DNA of 64,000 bases from Neoconidiobolus thromboides FSU 785 (Eukaryota > Fungi > Entomophthoromycota), in NCBI GenBank assembly GCA_025603075.1, contig MU626346.1, forward strand, positions 20,914 through 84,913. Reading direction: 5' to 3'. The notes under the pieces were generated by a model. That model made no database searches, was not told where the DNA came from, and saw only the letters and a program-made list of their open reading frames with translations. This document shows positions 12,558-25,101 of the stretch, in pieces. A program made the position numbers and the translations under genes. Position 1 is the first letter of the stretch, and the number at the start of each line of letters is the position of its first letter.

Positions 12558-15500
12558 ATGTGTCCTGTAAAAGACACAAAAAAGAAAGAAAACCCATTGA
12601 TCATTGGTAATTATATTACTAGAAATATACTTAAGAGGGTATGCTCTTTAGACGAGAATCCGCTACCTGAAGAGAAAGTGATAAAAAAAGACGGTAGAGG
12701 AAGACCAAAGAAAATCTATAGTTCGGCAGAGAATGGGAAAGGTAACAGCCAAACAGGTTTAAATTTTCGTTTACACTTGCTAACGTATTTTAAGTTCACA
12801 AGAAACACCCTCTAACCTCAAAGGTATCAAGTGGGGCTAAAAGAGAAGCTTTGAAGGAGATCGAGAATCATGAAATGAACACTGAAATAATAGTAACTTA
12901 TAACATTAACGACGAAGTATTAGTACTAGACCGAAAAGGCATCTGGTGCGAAGCTATTGTCATTAAACAAGAAAGTGATAAGGTTTGTATTAAATATAAA
13001 AATGAAGCGAGCTACAGGAATGAGTGGATAAGAACAGATCAAAATAGGATTAAACCATTAAGCTTTAATGGCGTGGAGGAAACCAAAAGGCTTGGGAATA
13101 GCTCTAGTGGTAAAAGTAGACTTTATTGTACTTAAACTTGTAGCTATTAACTAATAGTTTTTTAGTGATGCCGCTGAAAGCAACGAATCAACCCAAAAAA
13201 AATATAAAGGAGTTTAAAAAAGCTTTTAGCTTACCTAAAAAAGATCGTGGTAGGCCACGTAAACTTTTGCAAGTAGATAATCAGCTAAATACTTCAACTA
13301 AATACATTAAAAATGAAACTAAACTTGAAAAACCTATCATCCTGGAAGATCCAACCCCTATTCAAAACGTTTCAAACCTCCCATTAAACAGCACCATTTC
13401 ACGAAGTGATGGTTGGACATTATACTGCAATGAATGTAACTCTTTCATCGAACAATACCGATACTATTGCTTAGACTGCAAATCTTCAACTCTAAATGAA
13501 GGTGGAGAAGACTTCGATTTATGCCCTAACTGCTACTTGAAAAAATTTCCAAAAAAACATGAACATCCAAGGTTGTCTTTTGCTGTTGAATGTTTGATCA
13601 CTGAGCACAATGTAAACTCCTATTCGCGTAAAAAAGTAGGTGGTAAAATTGGTTACTTTCCTACTATCAATTCAAATTCAAACGAACCTTCTGGTACTCA
13701 GTTGATTGTTAGTTATGATCAGGATGCAATATTTCCATTGGTAATAGAAGATGGGAATGATAAAGAGATAAAATTGATAGCTCAAACAGATAAAGTAAGG
13801 AACAAATTACCACCTTCTCTGACTTTGAGGTATAAAAAAGAGATTAAAAAAAGCGTACCTACAATACCTGGTGTCTATCGTTATTTTCCATTATTTAATA
13901 AGCGAAGTTTGCCAAGAAAGATCACGTGTGTGTTTTGTCATGATACTGATAGCCATGTAGAAATTACTGGCGAATTATTCGATATTAAAAAACCCTTTAT
14001 CCTCAAACCAGGACCTAAAATGTGGCAAAAATATGCTGCTAGATTACAAAATGGGGAGTTGAGTTATTCAACATTAAAGTATTATTTTGGTGAAGTTTGG
14101 ACCAAAGAAATCCATGACTTATTAAAACCGCAAAATAAAAAAGGGCGACCAAAGAAGGGAATTCATAGTTTAAATCCATTTGAATCTTTAATCAACATGC
14201 CCAACTTTTTTTTGGATTTATTTTGGTGTCATATCAATTGTGCTAAATTTGTTGGTCAAGTACTAGTACTTGGAATAAATCCAAGTATAAAAAATCCATC
14301 TCAGTCAGATATCTATAACATTTCACGATCTGTAAGAGACAGCAATAAACATAAATGTAGTAAATGTAGAGGAATAGGGGCAATGATAGGATGTACCAAA
14401 GATGATTGTAGTAAATATTATCACTTAAAATGCACCGGGAAATCTATCCAACAATTTTTAAAAGGTGTAGTTTTCTTTTGCCCATATCATGAGAGCTTGT
14501 ATTATGAAAAAGATGCCTTTAATGAATACTTCCATTGTGATCTTTGTCATCTTCCTCTTCCCCTGGATCCAAAATTAGAATACAACGATCAAGGGGTACC
14601 CGTATTAACAAAAGAAATGCAAAAGGAATTCAAACTTCAGTACGATGAAATGATGAAGCAAAAATTAGAAGAAATAGTTAATATTGAAGAAGAACCAGAT
14701 ATGAAAATAGATCACTTTAGATTAGACACCTTCTCCGATTTATCTTCTTTAACTTCAATATCTGAAATAGGAGACCAAACATTTCTAATGTCAAGCCCAG
14801 TGTCAAGTTTAACGGATGTGTCGTGTTTAAATATCCCAGATTGGTTTGAAAGAGATTTGAGTGGATTTAAAGAAACCGATTATGGGACAGAGAGTAGAGC
14901 GAATAAAAAATCAGAGTTAGGCGTAAAGGAAAATGGTATTCATGAGAATCAAATTGAGATGAAGGATGTTATTCAAGATGTCCTGCAGTTAGACTTGGAA
15001 GCAAATCATATTAATACCAATGGTATTCAAAAGGAAAAGGAAAAATCAAATATGGATATAAATAATATGGATGAAAAATATTGTTTAGGCAATAATGATA
15101 CCCTTAATGAAATTGAAACCATGAATGGGAATGGGGATGAGAATAATATTCCAGGTAATATTGATAATAAAAACGACAATAATAATAGTTTTCAAAATAA
15201 TATCGAAGGCCCAGATAGCGATAATTCACTATTAAACATGAAACCAATCGAAGCTAAAGAGATGGATTTAGAATATTCTTTTGACATGGAAAAAGCAAAT
15301 GAGCCTTCAATTAATAATTTACATACAATTGAAATTGAAGATGCATTAATTGAAATTGAAGAAGATGAAGATGAAGATGAAGAGGATGATAAGTTAGATA
15401 TCGAAAATTACACTTTAGATCTACACCAAGGTAGTGATATTATTATTGATGATGATGGTCCAATTGAGAAAATTGTTGATATTGACACTAATGAGGAAGA

Positions 15501-18086
15501 AATAAGTAAGTTTTAAACTATTAATATATTAATAATATGTTTATTAATTTACATTTAGTTACTGAAGAAATTGATATACTCAATAATGATAAATTGAAAT
15601 ATAGTTGGTTTACTTGTTTTACTTGTTTAAAGCAAGCTACTTTTTCTTCTTATGACCTTTGTTCTCTGGTAGGAGTTTATTTATTATATATAATTGTGTT
15701 CTTAATTAGAATATTTTAGTGTTATCATCATCGATTTGAATTAGTGGAACATGATCATGATAAAGAATCCTTTGTAATCACAGGTAAAAATCTAAAATTA
15801 GTTTAAACTATACATAGTTTACTGGCTATTTGTTATTTTATAGACCAAGATCGAATGCTATTAACATCTACGCGTTCTAAAGTTAGTTTACCAATTAGAA
15901 GTAAATGTTTTATAAGAACCAAATAGATTATTATTAATGTTTTATTTATTTAATAGAGAAAAGAAATGATGAACAAGAGATAAGAAATTTAAAAAAGGGC
16001 AGAAAAAAATTACAATGTGCTTATTGTTGGTGCGAAAAATCTAAAGTTTGGAGAAAAAGTAATTTAAATAGATTATAGTAATAATAAACAATATATTAAT
16101 ACTTTGATAGGCTATTATGGAGTCTTGTTATGCCATCAATGTTTTAGTTCTGGAGAAAAAGGAAAATTAAGAAAAAAAAGACTATCAAAGAAAAGTAAAG
16201 GAAAACAAGATAAAAAGCAATCCAATCAATACAATACAAATACAGAGGAGTATACTCATTTGCCTTATAATACAAGAACAATGTATGATCATTATCATTT
16301 ACCTTTAGATAATAATCAAGCTAAACTATTGGATTCTTATGGACCAAAAGAAAATCAATCATATTCTTTAAATTTGTATTCGACTTATTTAGATATACCT
16401 GGAAGAGCTCCAAGATGTAAATAATATTATGATTATGTTATACATTTTTATTTGGAAATTAATTGTTTTTCTATTTAGGGGCTTCGCATTCTGCTTCAGA
16501 TTATCATGGTACTTGGTTAGCACAAACAGTACGAAGATCGTTATTAAAATATACTAAACCTGGAGCACTTGTTTTATCTAATTTTTTAGGTAGAGGCACA
16601 GATGCTATTGAATGTTTTTTGAATGGTAGAAAGTAAGAATATATTAGATAAAATAACAGATAAATAACTTTTATTAATACTACATCATAATAGATGTATT
16701 GGTGTAGATATAAATCCAGTAGCTATAACTTTAAGTCAAAAGAATTGTAGTTTTGCATTACCGCCCAGTTTAAAAATGGATGTTAGTTTAAGACCATTGA
16801 TATTACAAGGAGATGCAAGAAATTTAAGTAATTTAAGTAAGATTAATGAATGTAAATTTGATCATATATTATCCCATCCACCTTATAAAGATTGTGTACA
16901 ATATTCAACTAATTTAAGTGGAGATTTGTCAAGGATTAGTAACGAGTTGGAATTTCAAAATCAAATGTCATTAGTAGCAAAAGAATCATGGAAATTATTA
17001 AAAACAAATGGTAGATTAACCTTAGGTATTGGTGATAATCGAAGTAAATGTTTTTATATACCAGTTGGTTATCAAACAATAAGAAGTTACATGAACATTG
17101 GATTTGAGTTAGAAGAATTAATATTAAAAAGACAACGGCAATGTCAAATGTATGGTTTAGGAACTTATCTTTCAGAAAAATTTGATTTTTTAATCTTAAC
17201 TCATGAATATATTGCTATATTTAGAAAAAGAAAAAAAGAAGTATCAAAACGAATAGCAGCTATTTTATTATCACCAGAAGATGTATTATATGGTAAAGGT
17301 ATAATTAAAGTAGAATTAATTGCTCACGGAGTACCTAATTATCCAATTAATCGTAAAGAAAACATTATGGGTACAGTATGGCTGTTTGAAACATCAGAAA
17401 TTTATTCCTTTGAAAATTTAATACAATCTAGAATGATTGAGAGATTTGCACCAGTAAATAAAAATTGGGAAGAAGCTAAATTAAATTTTATTTATGAACA
17501 AAAATCAGAAATGACATCACCACCCAAAATTAACAATTCTGATAAAAAACAAGAAATTAATGAGTATGAAAGAAAAAGATTAAACCGAATAAGACAAAAT
17601 AATCAAATGATGTTAAAATTAGGTTTAAACGTTGATATTAATGATACTACTAATGATGATATTAACCATTATGATTTTATGATGTCTTTACCACCAAATG
17701 AAAAGAATTTATTAGGATTGATTTATATTTCTCATATACCTAACTATTTATTAGCTTCATTTACAATCCCATATTTAAGAAAAACAATATTACAAATAAT
17801 AAGAGAGAATTATGATCGGTTAGATGAAAACGGTTTATTTATTATTGGTATACAAGATTATCGATTACACAAGAAAAATGGGAATCGACTAATACCATTA
17901 AGTTTATTAGTATTAGAAGATATTATTAGAAATTTTGAATTCAAATTAAAATTAAAAGAATTTATTGTTTGTGTACCAGAAGGTTGGAAATTATCACCTG
18001 ATAAATTGGAAAATGGAGATGAAGATTTCAAATCTCATTTACCTATTGTTCATGTGAATTATTATATTCTAGTTAAATCAAAGTAA
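12558..18086 (+). CDS. Multidomain chromatin protein fused to an N6/N4-type DNA methyltransferase (AT-hooks, Tudor/chromo-barrel, ZZ, ePHD, ZZ, GATA, MTase, KRI-like, degenerate MTase), ~1,674 aa
   Basis: Ten exons with phase-compatible GT-AG introns: 12558-12741, 12795-13109, 13166-15505, 15559-15668, 15720-15783, 15844-15900, 15957-16058, 16111-16416, 16479-16632, 16694-18086 (5,025 nt, open frame); SAM-binding SNFLGRGT...GVDIN; catalytic-position SHPPY. Confidence 0.82.
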
Positions 18087-18192
18087 ATAAATTGTCATTA
18101 AATAAAATAATTTATTAAAATTATTATTATTTATTTCAAATAAAACTCAATTATAATATATATATACAAATGTTCCTTTATTCTATTTTATT

Positions 18193-19486
18193 TTATTCTT
18201 TAATAACTTCAATATACCAATTATCTTTATCATAACCACTGTTGATCATTTGAAGTTTATTATCCGTTGATAAAACTAATTCTTCTAATTCACCTTGTTT
18301 AAATAAATGATAATATCTTTGATAAACTTTATCTTCATTATCTTGAGTAAATGATTTATTTAATACCCAAGGCACTAAAACATCTTGAACATTAGGATCA
18401 AAATCTCTTCGACTCTAAACAATTTAAATAGAAAATATTAATAGAAAATAAAATAAAATACTAATCATTATAAAATTAAATTATTCTAATATTAATATTA
18501 ACCCTTACCTTTTGTTCTAAGGCCCAAACATAAACTAATAATTTACCGCCTGGTTTAATAATCCTTATTAATTCCTATATTATTATGAAAATTATATTAA
18601 TTCAAATTATCTATAAATCCTCTTCCATCTCTTTTTTTTACCTGCACTGCTTTTTTCCTACGTTCATTAGTAGTTAAATGATGAATCACTGCTACTGAGA
18701 TACAAAAATCCTAAATTTTAAAAAAGAATCGGATAATTAATATACTTGAGAATGCTAATCAAATAATAATAATGATAGTATAAAAAATACAATATATATA
18801 ATAATGTGAATTCGAACTTACAAATGCATTATCCCTATATGGAAGGGTTAAGTTATCAGCTACTAAAGCTTCAAAGCCTCGTTCAGAGCAGATTTCAATG
18901 AGATTGGAACTCCTAAATAAAATTCAAGTTTAATTAAATATTATTAATTTCTAGAGTTTCTCTATTTTCTATCCTTAATATTTAATCTTTATCCTAAGCC
19001 TTTACTTTTTTTAAAATAAATAGCATTTAAATATTCAATAAAAATTAACTACAACCTACCTATCACTTCCCATAACCATTAATTTTTTATTCACTCCCAT
19101 ATATTTTCCATTACCACATCCAATATCTGCTCCTATAGAATGTTCTGGTAAAGAATTTAAAAATCTTTCAATAATGGGCCAAGGCTATTAATTTATATTA
19201 ATTAAATCAATCCATTAATTGAACTTAATTTTATTTATTGTTTTATTTATTATTTTTATTATTTCATATTATACGTTATTATATGTCTTTGTTTTTATTT
19301 GTTCTCATCTTTATTTTGTATAACTATTAATTTCCTTACCTTATATCGTGTATTAGAAAAATGAGATGCAATATCATTATATACTTTATGAACATATTCT
19401 TCTTCCTGTTTTTGCCTTTCTTTGAATTGGTTTTGATCTATACTTTCTTCAAATGGGGTAGGTACTGGTTTATTTGGATGACTCAT
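18193..19486 (-). CDS. TRM9: tRNA wobble-uridine carboxymethyl methyltransferase Trm9 (ALKBH8 MTase-like), multi-exon
   Basis: [31 protein letters not shown]...[11 protein letters not shown]; C-terminal [16 protein letters not shown]...YDKDNW. Confidence 0.9.
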
Positions 19487-19737
19487 TTTACAACAATAAA
19501 AAACTAAAATTGAAGGCTTTTAAATTTGAGTGTTTTTTAAATGTTTGGAAATTCAACGAAATTTTAATTCTTGTTAAGGAATACTTACTATCTCAAAAAT
19601 TTACTAATAAACATTTTAAAATAATAGAATTTTATTTATTAAAAATATTTCACCCAAAAATTAGCTCCCCAGAAACAAAAAAATACCCACACCTATAAAA
19701 CTCTTCCATGAACTCATACTTGACTAGTGCTTTGAAT

Positions 19738-22700
19738 CTAATTCAAATACCCTCTACACTTTACTGTACCACATAAACATTTAATTTTATGCTCTTCATC
19801 TTCCAGTGGAAACTGATAATCATATGTAATTTCCTCTGCCCTTCTAATATCCGAATTAGCAAAAATAAGGATTCTAAGATTACCATCAACCATAGTAATT
19901 TTAGCTGAACAATTCGGTGTACAAGAATGATTAATAAACCTAGCAATATTACCTTTTGTAGTGGCATCGATAACATACATATCATTAACTCGAAAAAGGT
20001 AACTAGAATCAATCCCATTTGCTAAATAATGTTTTTCTCGAACATCCGCTAAATGAGATCGTATTAATTCACCTACATATTCAATGACTAATTCCCCTTT
20101 TTGAATTAATTCAACTGCAAACAAACCCCAATCATGAATACTTGATCGGGCTAATACTATTCGACTAGCTCCATCCTCTAATTGTTGGGCTAGATTTTGG
20201 GCAGTAGAAGAATAGGGAATCCACTTTCCTAAACGATAAGCTTGGCCTCGAATAGCTGCCATCAAACTAAATCGATATTTATATCTTTTCATGACTTCGG
20301 TCACTTTATAATATCCTTGTGTTCTAGCTGATCCTGTGGAATTTTTGGGTAATTCATTAAAATCGGGAAAATTTAATTCATCTTCATTATACAAATCAAC
20401 AAATTCAGAATCTGAAATATCTTCCTCTTCTTCTTTACTTGATTTTCGTTTACTGACTTTATCTGTTAGGTTTTGTTTTGAACTTGGTTCATTTTTGATA
20501 TCGTCATTTGGTGATAGTATACTTTCATTATATAAATCCCCTTTTTTATTGTTTTTAATTATTTTCAATATTGATTTATTATCTGATTTATCTTCATCAT
20601 TATTTGTACTTGAAGATAAACCATCATTTATGATTTTATTACCATCTAAGTTACTTTTGATTATTGGAGAATTAAATTGCGATCCTTTATTATCTTCATT
20701 CTCTTTTTTTCTTAAAGAATTACTAATCTTTTTAAATGTTGGTAATCCAGAGGATGGTAATCTTTTATGAAAATTCATTGTTTTCTGTTCTGTATTTAAT
20801 TTCGTTTCTGGATTTCGAAATTCATTTAATTTTTGTAATTTTCCAATTAATCGATAGGTAAGAAACCCTTTTGCCAAATCACTTTTGGAACATCTTTTAG
20901 CATTCTTTTTATTCGAAAATATCACTACCCAACATCGATTTTCTTTAGTTACCTATCATAATAAATTAATAATCATAAATAATCATATCTATACTGCTTA
21001 CCTGTGTAGGTGAAAAATCTTTGAAATGCTCCATTAGATCAGCTTCTTTTGCAAGAAACAAAGGTAAAAATTTAGAATCAAAAGCAATACAATACTCCAC
21101 AGGTTCTTTATCCGGCTAATAAATTATAAATTACTTTATTAAAATAAAATAACGCTAAGCTTACTTCTTCTGAATCTTCCGAATCTTCAACTTTATTCAC
21201 GGCTTGATTTTTCAAATCCATACAACTACCATTCCTATAACTATCCGCATTTGATTTTTCATTATAGTTGGCTCTTTCAGACCAATATTCATTTCTTTTA
21301 TCATAATCATAATTATCTCTTCTAGAAGAGTTATAAAAATTGGGACGACTACTACGCCAAGGTGAGTTATACCCATCATCATATCTTCTATTCCTATTAT
21401 TCCAGCTCTCTTTTGAGTAAGGATAGCCTGGGCTATCCAATCGGTCATCTCTTCTTATATATCTGTTAGAATAACTATCTATATACCTAGAATTTCGATC
21501 ACTTTCTCTATCCTTTCTCCAAGGTGAATTTAAATGACTTTTGGATTTAATGTCATTATATTCTTGACTATATCCGGAATACTCTGGACTTAATCGATGT
21601 TCAAATTTATCTTTTTCATATGTATCTAAATACCTTTTCCTATCATATAGATCATTTTCTTCTAGACTATTTTGTTCATGGTATTTGGTATCCTCTTCCC
21701 TTTTTTGTAAATCATTATAACTGTTCCATGAATTTTTTAATGGTGAGTCTTTGTATGCTTTATAATTTGTATCCTTTTGGTCATATCCCACTGAATAAGT
21801 TGATGTAGTTTCAAAATTTGTTAAAGATTTGGTCATTACAGTTCCATTTTCATAATGTATTTTAAATTCTTTGGACTCGGCAGGTATACTCGATTCATTC
21901 GACGTGTCATTTGATCCATTCTTTTTATTATTTGCAAAAGTTTGATAGTCAATATCATTATCTTGGTTATTTTTTAAAATATTCGTGTCGTTATCTTGTA
22001 ATTTCATATCATTCGATATTGCGTGACTACTTTGTTCATCTAAGCTTTTACTTTTTTTACTTGGATTAGTTTCTACCTCTTTTTCAAATATATCACCTAT
22101 TTGAGTCACTATTCTTCCTTCAATATTCTGAGCTTCTGGTATAGTTGAATGTTTTTGTTCATTGCTTTCAACACGGGAAGTATTTGTTATGCTTTCACCC
22201 TGGTTATAATTGACTTCACTCTTTTTGTTATATGAACTATGGCTCTTTGCATCTTCGAAAATCTGATGTTTGTTGACATTCATAATATGAGCAAAATGAG
22301 AGCTCATCTTCTCTCTTTGTATCTCTACTTCATTATTAAATAGTTCGCCTCTAGGGTCCATTCGAACTTTCAACTCGGAATCTTCGATAAAAATTGGCCT
22401 TTGACAACTAATAGCTAAATTAACAGAATAAGCACTTTCAGGATCCAATAAAGAACCAGTACCATAAACTATCTTAGCAACTCCAAGACTTGAATAAGTG
22501 AAGTTACATCGCGGCATTTCAATCTTCAATATATTACCAAAGTTTACAAATTTCTTAGCTAATTGTTCTGACGATACAGACAACGGTATATTCGTTACTA
22601 ATATACTACTCGCTTCAAAAGGCCCTATCGTGTTTTGATCTTGCTAACTAAGATTAGTTTGGGTTCTTTTAAATTATGAGTAATAATAGTTTACTTGTAA

Positions 22701-23060
22701 ACAAACTTCAGATAAAAAAGTCAAGTAGCTTTGTTTGTATGCAAAGTTCACTAGCCGTATTGGTCGATTTTTTATTAGTCTTGGGTCTTCAATGGTTGAA
22801 TCTATCTTCCAGTCATCTTCAACATCAATTATCTTTTTATGGACAGTAACTTGAGTTACTTGAGTTTCGATTTCTAAATCCGTTGTTTTCTCTTGATTTA
22901 AATCATGTTCTATCTTCCTATCTTTTAAGCTTAGAGGATCTTCTTTTTTCACCGTGGTATCAGTGATCTCTAAGGTTGGTTCACTGGGTTTTCCAGTTTC
23001 ATTATTTTTGATTAAAGTTTCATTACTTTCTTCTTCTTTCCTTCGGTTTTCAAGCTCCAT
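19738..23060 (-). CDS. SET1: Histone H3K4 methyltransferase Set1 (RRM, N-SET, SET, post-SET), multi-exon
   Basis: RRM-like exon near the N-terminus, GSARTQGYY N-SET motif, SET motifs IHDWGLFA / ARFINHSC / EEITYDY, post-SET CLCGTVKCRGYLN. Confidence 0.92.
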
Positions 23061-25101
23061 TTACAATTTTAAAATTTTGTTAGTAAAATAAGAAAGGCAA
23101 TGTCACTCTATTTTTAAGTTGCTTAAAAATGCATTGAAATTTTTAGCAAATATGTAGATGGTAAGCTTGGATTTTGGTCAAACCTTTTGTAGTTATCAAT
23201 TACTGAGTCAATAGTATTATAACGTTCTCCTTCACTGTGAAATTTTAAAAATAACATACTTGATAAGGACAAAAAAAAGATATGTTTTTATAAGCGGTTT
23301 AAGCTTTTCAATATAATAATTCACCGGTTTAAAATTTCAAACTCCATAAATCTCTCCTTTATTTTGTAAAAAAAGCATTACAATTTTTGTAGTTTTAAAT
23401 GCTATTATCATGATACCATTTATACTATTTGTATAATTTGAAGATAGATAGAAAGTATATTTAAGTAGCAAGGTCTTAATATTAAAGAACATAAAACATA
23501 AAGCATAAAGTATAAAGCATGTTAAAAACTAATATTATAAATAAATAGAACTATAATGATTATGTTAATATTTCGGGGTAAATCTATGTTTTATAATGAG
23601 AAAGAGGTTATTGTACAATAATTAGTATCGACTATTAATACGCTTGATAATTTCGTAAAAATTACTTTTAAAACCACATTATCTATTTTTATCACTTATT
23701 TTACTAGAGTCTTATATCAATATTATAATTGTTTATCTGTAATTGAAATCGTAAATGAATTTTTTATTAATGAAATTTTAAACTCAGATTAGAAATAATC
23801 TAAAAGCTTAATTTTAAAACTAATAGACCAATTTTTTATCTATAATTCTGTACAAACTATTATTATCAAAATAAACATTACTACCATACTTGACATATTT
23901 AGCATGTTTATATCCAAAAAAGCGCCATCTTCACTATTTAAAATGTAACCTTTTTTCTTTATTAAATTTTAAGTTAATTGTTTGAATATCTGAAGTTTTA
24001 AATTTCTTCATTTTCTTTAAAACTAAAAAATCGTATCATTAACAAAACATTACTCAATTTCATTAAATTTAAAACAACAGATTAAAAACTCAATAGAATG
24101 ACACAATAGTTATAGTAGAAACAAGGTGTGTTTGTTGTCATTTGAATGATGGTTAAATGACAAATTACATTTGTATTTAGTTGACTTCATTTTAATTTGT
24201 ATTTGATCTCTTTTGAACGAATTTAAGGGTTTTATTTTAGGTCACAGTTCTTAAATTTACTCAAAAGAAATTAAATGCAAATTAAAAAGAGCGAAAGACG
24301 TATAAATTCTAGTTCTTAGTAATATTTGATAACTTTTTTCATAAAAGATAAGATTAAACAAATAATGTTTTGACTATTATTTGGCTGTGGTAAGGTTTTA
24401 TAAATTATAAACATGGCGTAGACGGTATAGATGATGATGGCTGTTATGTTTACTATTACTAGCATTTTAGCGTATTAAAATAATAATTAACTATTTATGG
24501 AATAAAAAATTACAGTTGATACTATATTGTTATTATCATGTTAGATAAAAAAGTATAAAAATATGATCAATTTTAACCTCCTATTTTATTACTAAAAAAA
24601 CCCAGCCAAAAAATAGAACCTTTTATTTTATTATTTCCATAACCCAAACAAGCAAAACTTAAAAAAAAGAGTAAATTCTACTTATTTGGTTGATCAGGAG
24701 CTAATTAACCAATAATAAATCAAAATAAATTAAAAACTAAATTAATTTTGAAACTTTATAATTTACTTTAGTTAATATTTACTTAATTTAATTTCATTTT
24801 ATAAGGTAGGAATAAAGGATACTATTATTTCAGGAGTATATCAATTACAATAAAAACAAAGAAGTTGAATAAAAGTGTTCAATTATTAGTATTTTGATCA
24901 TATATAAGATACATTCAAACCCAACATAATATAGTGGAACAAATTAACACGAAAGGATACATAAATACAAAAGAAAAGTCAATAATCAACGATTAGCTAT
25001 ATCTAAAATAACTCGTTTTAAAGAGTAATTATTAATAAAGTTCCATTTAGCTTTAGGCCATCTAACCAAAAAAATCAAAAAAGGATTCACCATCAGTTAG
25101 A

